From NCBI GenBank assembly GCA_964342815.1, contig CAYFHS010000008.1, forward strand, positions 1 to 64,000: DNA of 64,000 nt, given 5' to 3'. The first letter of the stretch is position 1, and the number at the start of each line of letters is the position of its first letter. Of the stretch, positions 29,853 to 38,688 are shown piece by piece. The notes beneath the pieces were generated by a model. The model ran no database searches, was not told the DNA's origin, and saw nothing but the letters and a program-made list of their open reading frames with translations. A program made the position numbers and the translations under genes. The DNA is from an uncultured archaeon. GTDB taxonomy: Archaea; Thermoplasmatota; Penumbrarchaeia; JASLWR01.

Positions 29853-32800
29853 CGCCATCACTTCCATAGTCAGAGGTAATCGACTCACCTTGACGGCTCA
29901 CTTCCCGATTTTTTCTCAATTCAAGCTCAATCCGCATTGAGAGATTATCCAGACTGTTCTTCAACGAATATGCATCATCCTTAAGGTACGACAGCGCATT
30001 ATCCAGATCACGTGTGAATCCCGATACGTCTATTCCAGATTCATGTGCCGTTCGAATCAAGCCTCTGACTCCTTCTTCCGGTGAGACTTGGATCGTCTCG
30101 GTATCAGCTTCGCTTTTCTTCTTTCCCTTACTCCTTGCATGTACGATTACAAGAACAATGACGAACAAAATTATAATTGCTGTAAAGGCGATCCCTCCCC
30201 AAATCAAGTAAGAACCGATACTGTCCGGCTCCTTCTCCGTATCGACGAAATTTTCCGGGATGACTTCACAGGAATATGCTCCCGCGCCTATGGAATCATA
30301 GCCGTATTCGATGGTATCGTCAGGATTTAGTTTCTCATATTCCGCGGTTCCGAATAGCGAATACGGGCCACCATCGTTAAAACCCAGGAGTTTAAGGGTC
30401 TCAAGCGAGATTTCCCAGGTTATGGTATTTCCTTCCACTTCACCCTTGTAGAATCCATACTGACCCAGAAGACCTCCGTATTCCAGTGAAAAACCCATCT
30501 CAGTTGAGGGCGTATATAATGAGCTAAATTCGCTGTCCTTGCCATACTTGGGCTCTTTGTGCTCAGATGCTACAAAATATATCTTATAGACGTAAGAAGG
30601 ATCATAGAGGTCTACATCGAAATCCAGCGGATTAAACTCTTTTGGGCGAACCGGTGCTTCCCGCGTTGTCAGCTCAATATGCAGAATTGTCTCGTTAGAC
30701 CATGCTTTCAAGCTCATTAAATCCAGACAACCCTTCTCACCGTATGATATTGCTTTCATTTCCGCCGTTTTCAGAGAAAGCAGACGCCATAGCCATAATA
30801 CGTCGTCCTCTACAGGGTCCGTATATGTCTCATCCAAATCGGCCAAATCTCGATCCCCATCACTTCCACCATTGTTTTCTGATTCATAGATATTGGAGAT
30901 CGGATTCGTGCCGTTTAAAAATTCACCCAGGTTCGATGTGTTATCATCGTCATTATCTTTCTCAGCGTCAAGGGAATCGTAGGGATCGAATCCGTATATT
31001 ATCTCCCAGGCATCTGCCATTCCGTCGTTATCGGAATCCCAGTGATAAAGAAAATTAGATGGATAGACATCCAGAGTAAGACCGCTGTTGGAATCTTTCC
31101 CTGTCTTTCCGGAATTCCATTCATCCGGGTATCCGTCTCCGTCGGAATCCATGCTGGCAGATGGGTCCAGAGGAAAATCGTCTTCGACATCATTCACCCC
31201 ATCTCCATCATCGTCATCGTGATCCGTACCTACCAGATTTACCATAATCACGGTTGAGCTGGAAGTCATCGAATCGTTCACGTTCAGTTGAATAATATAA
31301 GAACCGGAAGCCGTATACGTATGGTTAACCGCAAATAATGATAATCCTCGCTCAAAGATACCATCTCCAAAAGACCATTTGTAAATTAGAACATCCCCTT
31401 CCTCGTCGAATGCCTCCGTCGTTTCCAGATAAATAGTTAAATTCCGATTATCCATTCTGGTAAGATTTATTTTTGAAGGAACGGGTGAATCGTTTCGGAG
31501 CTGAATGATAAAGGAGATGTCAGAATAAATGACTGCCCTCCCATCTGAAATTCTTATGGTGAAATCTTCGATCTCCGAGCCGTTTCCGTAATTGAAATAG
31601 CTGAAACTGCGGTTCAAATGATCATATTGAAGATTACTGCTACCTTCGGAGATGGATATGTTGATATTATCGGGAGAGTCGTCGATATCGGTGACGTTGA
31701 TAGTGAAATTTTTCCATACATCTTCCAACACATCGAACAGAATATTATCAGAAGGATTAATTCCACCCACTGATACGATGCAGGGCGGGTCGTTTACAGG
31801 TAGGACTGAGACATTGACCATCAGTTCCATGGTGAAATTGAAATAATCCTTTGCCTTGAAGACCACCGATTCATTCCCATACCAATCCTTGACAGGTGTG
31901 AATACAACATCTCCAGAAGCCTTAATATCAATTGATAAGTTATGCACTCCTTCGTCATGGCTTGGTGACCAGTATAGTTTTGGCTCACCCCGGTTGAAAT
32001 AATCGGAAAGAGACAGGCTGGTGGAATCGATTTCGTCCTCATTAATAGTAATATCTAGAGATGTCGCGTTTAAAGTCATTGGTCGGGTATTTTTAAAGTT
32101 CAAACCATCTGTCGTAATAAAATAAGTGTAGTTTAGTATTTTCCAATCATAATTGTGAAATTTGATGTAATATGTCCCATCCTCCGGTATTCTGGTTTCG
32201 AAATATGAAAAATCGTTGTATCCGTATTCATCGACCTCCAAGGGCATTTCCCATTTATCATACAGTGCGATTCCTAGATTCCAGTCATCGGTTTCCGTTA
32301 CCATGACCGAAACGTTTAGATCATCATTCTTTTGAAGCTCTATGGATAAATAATCATATTCATCGAATGTAGAGTCGAATGATCCGTTATAAAAACCAAG
32401 TGAAGCCATATTGGCATTCCAAATAGAGAAATCCTCGTCATTGGGCTGCTGTGGGGAAATATCCACCGATAAATTATAATTAGCAGATTCTCCTGTTGGA
32501 AAAAAACTCTCGAAAGTGACAACAATGTAATAATACCCGGTTTGATTTGCAACAAAACGTACGGTCTCGCCCTTGTCCGGGTCACTGGACATAATTGTGT
32601 TTGATTCACCTCGGCGAAGCTTCCCAGGGTCATATACTGCAAGATTCACATCAAAAAAGTTATCCAAATGTATATGCAACCCATCGCCGGTTAGATCAAT
32701 AGAGTTAGCATTTACCTTGTAGATATCATAAGGGTCCGTGGTTTTATTCACCCTACCGGGGTAACGATTCCCTGGGCTTATCTCCATTGCCTCACTCAAG

Positions 32801-33279
32801 AGATTGTTGCCATCGGGAGCGTGTACCTGATCCTTGATGCTTATGGAAACGCGATAGTTTACATCCCGCATCTCAGGGGTTGCGACTCTGATATAATAAT
32901 ATCCTTCTGTGGGAGCCCAGAACGAAAAGTTCATATCGGGTCCACCTCCCATGATCCCGTTTGTATGGAAGAAAAATGTATCCGGTGTAAATAGACCGAT
33001 ATAAATCATCGCATCCGATGTTGTAGCGTTTAGGTTCACCGTCGCGTTCAAGCATTCCCCGCTATTTGGCTGTAAGTAAAACTTCATCATATCAATTAAA
33101 TCGACATTGGCGTTCACTCTATCAGAATATTCTGAACCATCCGTGAGAATCACTTGTGCCGTTTGGAAGGTCTCGTTGCCATCTCCGGGATATCGATCCC
33201 ATCCGGTTGTTGTTTCAACGAAGGATAGAAATGTACAGAAAATTAGTACAAGAGAAATTGAAAGGGCTTTGATCTTCAT
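29845..33279 (-). CDS. Single-pass surface protein with PPC-like, cadherin-like, PKD and TSP3-like repeats
   Basis: Repeated D.YK..(G.YYI.V) PPC-like units, PVNDPP, YKWSFGDG, DSDGDGYPD, TM; start ATG 33279 after GAGGAG. Confidence 0.8.
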   Translation of the reverse strand: MKIKALSISLVLIFCTFLSFVETTTGWDRYPGDGNETFQTAQVILTDGSEYSDRVNANVDLIDMMKFYLQPNSGECLNATVNLNATTSDAMIYIGLFTPDTFFFHTNGIMGGGPDMNFSFWAPTEGYYYIRVATPEMRDVNYRVSISIKDQVHAPDGNNLLSEAMEISPGNRYPGRVNKTTDPYDIYKVNANSIDLTGDGLHIHLDNFFDVNLAVYDPGKLRRGESNTIMSSDPDKGETVRFVANQTGYYYIVVTFESFFPTGESANYNLSVDISPQQPNDEDFSIWNANMASLGFYNGSFDSTFDEYDYLSIELQKNDDLNVSVMVTETDDWNLGIALYDKWEMPLEVDEYGYNDFSYFETRIPEDGTYYIKFHNYDWKILNYTYFITTDGLNFKNTRPMTLNATSLDITINEDEIDSTSLSLSDYFNRGEPKLYWSPSHDEGVHNLSIDIKASGDVVFTPVKDWYGNESVVFKAKDYFNFTMELMVNVSVLPVNDPPCIVSVGGINPSDNILFDVLEDVWKNFTINVTDIDDSPDNINISISEGSSNLQYDHLNRSFSYFNYGNGSEIEDFTIRISDGRAVIYSDISFIIQLRNDSPVPSKINLTRMDNRNLTIYLETTEAFDEEGDVLIYKWSFGDGIFERGLSLFAVNHTYTASGSYIIQLNVNDSMTSSSTVIMVNLVGTDHDDDDGDGVNDVEDDFPLDPSASMDSDGDGYPDEWNSGKTGKDSNSGLTLDVYPSNFLYHWDSDNDGMADAWEIIYGFDPYDSLDAEKDNDDDNTSNLGEFLNGTNPISNIYESENNGGSDGDRDLADLDETYTDPVEDDVLWLWRLLSLKTAEMKAISYGEKGCLDLMSLKAWSNETILHIELTTREAPVRPKEFNPLDFDVDLYDPSYVYKIYFVASEHKEPKYGKDSEFSSLYTPSTEMGFSLEYGGLLGQYGFYKGEVEGNTITWEISLETLKLLGFNDGGPYSLFGTAEYEKLNPDDTIEYGYDSIGAGAYSCEVIPENFVDTEKEPDSIGSYLIWGGIAFTAIIILFVIVLVIVHARSKGKKKSEADTETIQVSPEEGVRGLIRTAHESGIDVSGFTRDLDNALSYLKDDAYSLKNSLDNLSMRIELELRKNREVSRQGESITSDYGSDGDE

Positions 33280-33433
33280 ATCCAACTCCTCATTTACGAT
33301 ATTGGGAAAAAAGGATGTTTCCAACAGAATACTTTTCATTATATAATTTCATCGTATTTAATGTGTTTCGGACAACTTTGAAAAACAAAAAAATTTTTAA
33401 TTAGAAATTTAGCAGAATTAATTGAAATAAAAA

Positions 33434-34303
33434 TCAAAGCCTTTTCAGCCGTTTTATCCGTTCGTCCACAGGCGGATGTGTCGAGAAAAGCCCTGCAATA
33501 CCCTTCTTCGTAAACGGATTTACAATAAATAACGACGAATGAGCATTCTTGCCGTTCCTCAGGGGATGCTTGTGATTCCCCTTCTCTAGTTTTTTCAATG
33601 CTTTGGCCAGAGCCCATCCCTTTCCTGTGATCTTTGCTCCACCGGCATCGGCAAGGTACTCCCGGTTCCGCGATATTGCCATTTGAATGAGCATTGCGGC
33701 AATTGGGGCCAGTACCGCCATGAGGATCAGACCGATAATATTTCCCCCGTCACGGTCCCGGCCTCCGCCGAATATAGCGCTGAAAATGGCGATCTGCGCT
33801 ATGAAGGAGATTGCGGCTCCAATGGTGGCCGCCGCGGACATCACCATCATGTCCTTGTTGCTGATATGGGCCATCTCATGACCAATAACACCTTCAAGCT
33901 CGTCGTCGTCGAGAAGTTCCAGCAGCCCTTGGGTTGCCGCCACCACCGCGTGGTTTTTGTCCCGCCCCGTAGCAAATGCATTGGGTGTCTTTTTCGGGAT
34001 AACAACAACCTGGGGCATGGGCATGTCGGCTTTCAGGACAACCCTTTCCACTATCCCGTACAGCCTTGGCGCCTCGATCTTGGTTACGGGGATTGCCCTG
34101 TATGAACTGAGGATGATCTTGTCCGACCAGAAATATGTTACAAAATTAATTATCGCGGCCAGCATGATAAATATCAGCATGAAGAACATCCAACTTCCGC
34201 CAAAAAGGAATTGACCCACCAGAGCCCCCACACCTGCCAATAGAACCATGAACATTCCGAACAGCATAGCAACCTTTAACTGGTTCATCCCGCTCACAGC
34301 CAC
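33434..34303 (-). CDS. htpX: Zinc metalloprotease HtpX (M48)
   Basis: PNAFATGR, HEMAH (HExxH), SRNREYLADAGGA, LFSTHPP. Confidence 0.95.
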   Translation of the reverse strand: MAVSGMNQLKVAMLFGMFMVLLAGVGALVGQFLFGGSWMFFMLIFIMLAAIINFVTYFWSDKIILSSYRAIPVTKIEAPRLYGIVERVVLKADMPMPQVVVIPKKTPNAFATGRDKNHAVVAATQGLLELLDDDELEGVIGHEMAHISNKDMMVMSAAATIGAAISFIAQIAIFSAIFGGGRDRDGGNIIGLILMAVLAPIAAMLIQMAISRNREYLADAGGAKITGKGWALAKALKKLEKGNHKHPLRNGKNAHSSLFIVNPFTKKGIAGLFSTHPPVDERIKRLKRL

Positions 34304-34315
34304 ACCAAACCTTGA

Positions 34316-35986
34316 CTAAAATATGCTGGGCTCAACGTACTCACCGAATACATCTCGTAACACACCTGTAATATCACCCAGCGTTGCTTGTGCTTTTGCG
34401 CATTCAAGTATCGCCGGCATCGTATTTTCATCACCCTCCGCTACTTTTCGCAGGCGGTCCATGGCGCGTGTGAATCTTCCATCGTCTCTGTCGCATCGTA
34501 TTCTTTTAAGCCGGTTTACCTGTGTTTGTTCCCCTTTCTCATCCATTGCGAGAATGGGAATCTCCAGTTCCTCGTCCAAAATGAAATCGTTCACACCAAC
34601 GATAACCCGCTCTTTGGAATCTATCTCACGTTGGTAACGATAGGCCGAATCGGCGATCTCCCGCTGGAAAAAACCCTTGTCGATGGCTTTAAGAACGCCC
34701 CCCAGACTTTCGATACGGTCGAAATATTTGTAGGTCTGGTTCTCCATCTCATCCGTGAGCCATTCGACGAAATAAGAGCCTCCTAGCGGGTCGATGGTAT
34801 TAGGCACTCCGCTCTCGTGCGCAACCACCTGCTGAGTACGAAGGGCTAACCTCACCGCCTTCTCGGAGGGAAGCGCCCATGCCTCGTCCATGGAGTTCGT
34901 ATGAAGCGATTGCGTGCCCCCCATTACAGCCGCCAATGCTTGGATCGTCACTCGCACCAGGTTGACCTCGGGCTGGGCCGCCGTTAGCGAGCAGCCTGCG
35001 GTTTGTGTATGAAACCTCATGAGCCACGAACGCGGTTTTTTCGCATTAAATGTGTCCCGCATCTCCCTTGCCCATATTCTCCTTGCTGCCCGATACTTTG
35101 CGATCTCCTCGAATAGGTCGTTGTGTGCATTGAAGAAGAACGATAACCTGGGCGCGAAAGCGTCCACGTCGAGACCCCGTTCCATGGCTGCCTTCACGTA
35201 AGCCAGCCCGTCAGCTAGAGTAAATGCCAGTTCCTGGACTGCAGTGGAGCCCGCCTCCCTTATGTGATATCCCGATATGGATACAGTGTTCCATCGCGGA
35301 ACGTGTTTGAATCCGTATTCGAAAGTATCTACTATTAAGCGCATAGAGGGTTCCGGTGGGAAAATAAAGGATTTTTGGGCTATGTATTCCTTTAATATAT
35401 CGTTCTGGATCGTCCCGCCTATGGACGTTAAAGGTATACCGCGGCTCTCGGCCATTGCTATGTAGAAGGCCCACACGGCGGAGGCAGGGCCGTTTATTGT
35501 CATTGATGTCGTAACCTCGTCCACGGGAATACCGTCGAAAAGAATCTGCATGTCCTTCAATGAAGAAATGGCAACACCGCACTTGCCGAATTCGCCTCTT
35601 GCAAGGGGATGGTCGGTATCATAGCCGTAGAGTGTGGGATAATCGAAGGCAACCGACAGGCCGGTCTCACCGTGTTCGAGAAGATATTTGTACCGTTCGT
35701 TGGTTTCCTCCGCGGTCCCGAATCCCGCAAATTGCCTCATGGTCCATAACCGTCCCCGGTACATGGTGGGCTGGACTCCTCGTGTAAATGGGTATTCTCC
35801 AGGATAACCCAACTTCTGGAAATAATCGTAATCGGACAGATCACCAGGGTCGTAAAGATTGTCAACGGGCATGCTGGAGGTGCTTATGAATCTTCTTCTT
35901 CTCTCCGGCCACCGCTCAAGGGCCTTTCGGTAGCAGGTGTCTTTCCACCGCTTCTTCTCCTTTTCAAATTTATTTGGTTCATTCAT
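34316..35986 (-). CDS. B12-dependent acyl-CoA mutase large (substrate-binding) subunit; MutA/IcmA family with ICM-type residues
   Basis: [61 protein letters not shown]; no fused cobalamin-binding domain. Confidence 0.92.
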   Translation of the reverse strand: MNEPNKFEKEKKRWKDTCYRKALERWPERRRRFISTSSMPVDNLYDPGDLSDYDYFQKLGYPGEYPFTRGVQPTMYRGRLWTMRQFAGFGTAEETNERYKYLLEHGETGLSVAFDYPTLYGYDTDHPLARGEFGKCGVAISSLKDMQILFDGIPVDEVTTSMTINGPASAVWAFYIAMAESRGIPLTSIGGTIQNDILKEYIAQKSFIFPPEPSMRLIVDTFEYGFKHVPRWNTVSISGYHIREAGSTAVQELAFTLADGLAYVKAAMERGLDVDAFAPRLSFFFNAHNDLFEEIAKYRAARRIWAREMRDTFNAKKPRSWLMRFHTQTAGCSLTAAQPEVNLVRVTIQALAAVMGGTQSLHTNSMDEAWALPSEKAVRLALRTQQVVAHESGVPNTIDPLGGSYFVEWLTDEMENQTYKYFDRIESLGGVLKAIDKGFFQREIADSAYRYQREIDSKERVIVGVNDFILDEELEIPILAMDEKGEQTQVNRLKRIRCDRDDGRFTRAMDRLRKVAEGDENTMPAILECAKAQATLGDITGVLRDVFGEYVEPSIF

Positions 35987-36017
35987 GATAATCCCCGGTA
36001 AAACCTCTAGCTAATAA

Positions 36018-36566
36018 TTAAAACTCGATTCCCTCCCTGCATTGAATCCCTGCCCTGTATGGGTGCTTGACTTCTGCAATCACGCTTACAAGATCAGCGA
36101 GGTCTATTAGAATGCGGGGTGCGTCACGCCCGGTTAGTACGATCTCCACATGCTTTGGACGTTCTCTGATCATTTCAACTACGTTCTGCAGCTTTATAAG
36201 ACGAAAGTCAAGAGCGACGTTTATCTCATCCAGCACCACAAGGTCGTGTTCTCCACCTGAAATGATCTCACGAGCTCTGGACAATCCCTGCTCTGCAAGT
36301 TCGACATCGATCTCCGCCGGATTTGCCTTGTCCACAAAATCGGGTCTGCCGAACTGCTCTATTGTTACACTGGGCAATCTCTTGACTGCCTCCAATTCGC
36401 CGTAGTTGATGCGGCCTTTCATAAATTGGATAATATAAACTGACAATCCTTTACCACTTGCTCGAAGAGAAAGTCCAAGAGCAGCAGTGGTCTTTCCCTT
36501 GCCGTTGCCGGTGTACAACTGAACGAGCCCTTTTCTCTCCTTCTCTGTTTTCATATTATCGTCCAA
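36018..36566 (-). CDS. cobO: Cob(I)alamin adenosyltransferase (CobO/BtuR family)
   Basis: YTGNGKGKTTAALG, QFMKG, LVVLDEI, VLTGR, KHPY..G. Confidence 0.93.
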   Translation of the reverse strand: MDDNMKTEKERKGLVQLYTGNGKGKTTAALGLSLRASGKGLSVYIIQFMKGRINYGELEAVKRLPSVTIEQFGRPDFVDKANPAEIDVELAEQGLSRAREIISGGEHDLVVLDEINVALDFRLIKLQNVVEMIRERPKHVEIVLTGRDAPRILIDLADLVSVIAEVKHPYRAGIQCREGIEF

Positions 36567-36688
36567 AATAGCTTATTGAGCTGGCGTAAGGTTGAATGAT
36601 TTTATAATTCATAAACCTTCCCCAATTATACGGAACAGCAGGTCAGATAAAAAAACTGAAATAACTAACGTTTACTGTTTAGGGTATT

Positions 36689-37678
36689 ATGCTAACGAAA
36701 AATATTATTTTCGTCGTTATTGTGTCATTAGTCTCCCTGGTCTGGTTATCCGGCAGCGTTCAGGCAGCGGCAGACGGGAACTCCACCTCTGGAGACGGGA
36801 TGGATGAATCTCTCGATAATTTCATGGCCGCTATAATATTATCAGGTGTCTTCTTGATAGCCGGCGGCATCACTGCCACATTGGTTAGAAGAGATATCAG
36901 CAAACGTAACATGAAGATGACAAAATGGATTAGTCTTCTAATACTGTTCACCATGGTGATCCCAATTGCGGTCACTTTTACAATTATGTATTATGAGGAG
37001 GTCACAACTTTTTACGGTTTCTTCGCGTTGTTCACAAGCTATCTAATATTCGTCGCCCTTTACATATACTTCCGCAGTCAATCGGTTCTTTTGGTAAAGA
37101 ACGTTCCTGCAGAGTTCGTGGTTAAACTGAACCCTGCATACAAAGAAATACTGGCCTTCGGGATCGTTATTTTCGGTTTACTTATAACGGTGATCGGTTT
37201 TTACCAGCTGAACTCAGGAAACCCCGACGTGGGCAAATCCGTTAGCGCCATCGGTATATCCACGGCGGTTATCGGGGTGGTATTGATAAAATTATGGTTC
37301 TCCACGGACAGACTGGTAATCGATATGAGCGAGATAATTATTAAAAGGGGAAAGAAAGTGGAAAAGATGGCCTGGAGCGATGTGGAATCAATAATATTCT
37401 TCAAGGAACTGTCACACCTGCTGAACATCGAATTGGGGGGCTATCACAAGCGAGTGGGTCCATCCGCTTCTCAGAGATCCGTGGAGATCATAGCCGGTGA
37501 GCGAAGACTGAAGTTCATGGACAGTGAGATTCCTTCATACGAGGATTTCAGAATTTTATTTTTTATCCTCCTTCATCATAGAAGTATTGCGAATCCCAAT
37601 ACAAAGGTTTATTTTCAAAGCAAGTGGGCAAAAGGGTGGTACAGAGATTATCGAAGGCATATGATGCAGGCAGGCTAG
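36689..37678 (+). CDS. Hypothetical membrane protein with possible C-terminal PH-like domain
   Basis: Signal peptide plus about 6 TM helices; soluble C-terminus with MAWSDVESI. Confidence 0.7.
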   Translation: MLTKNIIFVVIVSLVSLVWLSGSVQAAADGNSTSGDGMDESLDNFMAAIILSGVFLIAGGITATLVRRDISKRNMKMTKWISLLILFTMVIPIAVTFTIMYYEEVTTFYGFFALFTSYLIFVALYIYFRSQSVLLVKNVPAEFVVKLNPAYKEILAFGIVIFGLLITVIGFYQLNSGNPDVGKSVSAIGISTAVIGVVLIKLWFSTDRLVIDMSEIIIKRGKKVEKMAWSDVESIIFFKELSHLLNIELGGYHKRVGPSASQRSVEIIAGERRLKFMDSEIPSYEDFRILFFILLHHRSIANPNTKVYFQSKWAKGWYRDYRRHMMQAG

Positions 37679-37684
37679 TATAAA

Positions 37685-38596
37685 TCAGGTTCGTGCTCCC
37701 ATTAACATTTCCATCAACTGAGTCGGGGAAAGGTTTGGATTGTCAAGTCGTATCTTTCTTACGAATTCTTCCATCTCACCGTAGTCTTCTCTCCCTGAGA
37801 TCACACGTTCATTGGCTCCATTGCTGCCCAACATGTTCAAAATCACTTCCATATCCGCTTTTGAGGCTTCCTGCAAATATTTCAATTCCTCTTGTTCCAT
37901 CACAAGTTTACGGGAGTTCTTATCTATTGCGCCTACTACATGATGGTGTCCGCTTATCTCGGTGTAATGGCCGCCTGGCTCAATTATGATCTTTTTTTCG
38001 AAGCGGCCCATATCACCTGTCTTTGTTTTTTCTGATGATTTTTGGGCTTCTTTTGCCAGGGCAAACTCTCCTATCTCAAGGTACAGCTCGCTTGCTTTCG
38101 CATAAAAACCATATTCCATACAGTCATCGGCACGTCTCTTGATCCGATCGTGATCCGCTTGTTCCCGGGAACTCAAAGCCTCCATTATTATCTCAGTATC
38201 TCCTACTGTAAGAGTGCATTTTACAGGCAGTGGAATTGATTTGCTTCCCTTGAACTCAACGAATCCCGGAAGGAGCTTGCCATCAATGAAGGTCCCGTTG
38301 CTGCTGCCCATGTCCTGGATGTACAACTTATTCTGGTTCTCGAATATTCTGAAATGACAACGTTCACCATGGAGTCGTGTGATAGCTTTATCACCACTGG
38401 AAATGCATACTTTCTTCTGCCCTTTGCACATGTAGTGAAACCTACCCCTATGCCGCCCGAAAATGGTGTTATTCACCATTATCTCGTGGGAATTTCCATC
38501 CTGCATGGTAAATCGGATCTTTCTGATATCAGCACCACCTTGTACCGTAATAATATCCGGAAACCAACCGGATACTATACCTTTTGTAAGTTTCAT
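37685..38596 (-). CDS. FHA-domain protein
   Basis: FGR...TRLH..CHF...YIQDMGSSNGTFIDG FHA signature; then a short helical segment ASELYLEIGEFALAK. Confidence 0.85.
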   Translation of the reverse strand: MKLTKGIVSGWFPDIITVQGGADIRKIRFTMQDGNSHEIMVNNTIFGRHRGRFHYMCKGQKKVCISSGDKAITRLHGERCHFRIFENQNKLYIQDMGSSNGTFIDGKLLPGFVEFKGSKSIPLPVKCTLTVGDTEIIMEALSSREQADHDRIKRRADDCMEYGFYAKASELYLEIGEFALAKEAQKSSEKTKTGDMGRFEKKIIIEPGGHYTEISGHHHVVGAIDKNSRKLVMEQEELKYLQEASKADMEVILNMLGSNGANERVISGREDYGEMEEFVRKIRLDNPNLSPTQLMEMLMGART

Positions 38597-38688
38597 CCGC
38601 TATTATATGAATGAACTGACATATATTTCAAAGTTTTTCGATTATGATCGATCCAGAATTATTTGAATTGTTTATATGGAAAAGGTTA

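Noticed and set aside
15800-33300. AT-rich block versus more GC-rich housekeeping genes (e.g. 33.4-36.5 kb) as a horizontally acquired island
   Set aside because: Only a visual impression that I could not quantify; Asn/Ile/Thr-rich surface proteins explain it, and there are no mobility genes or boundaries.
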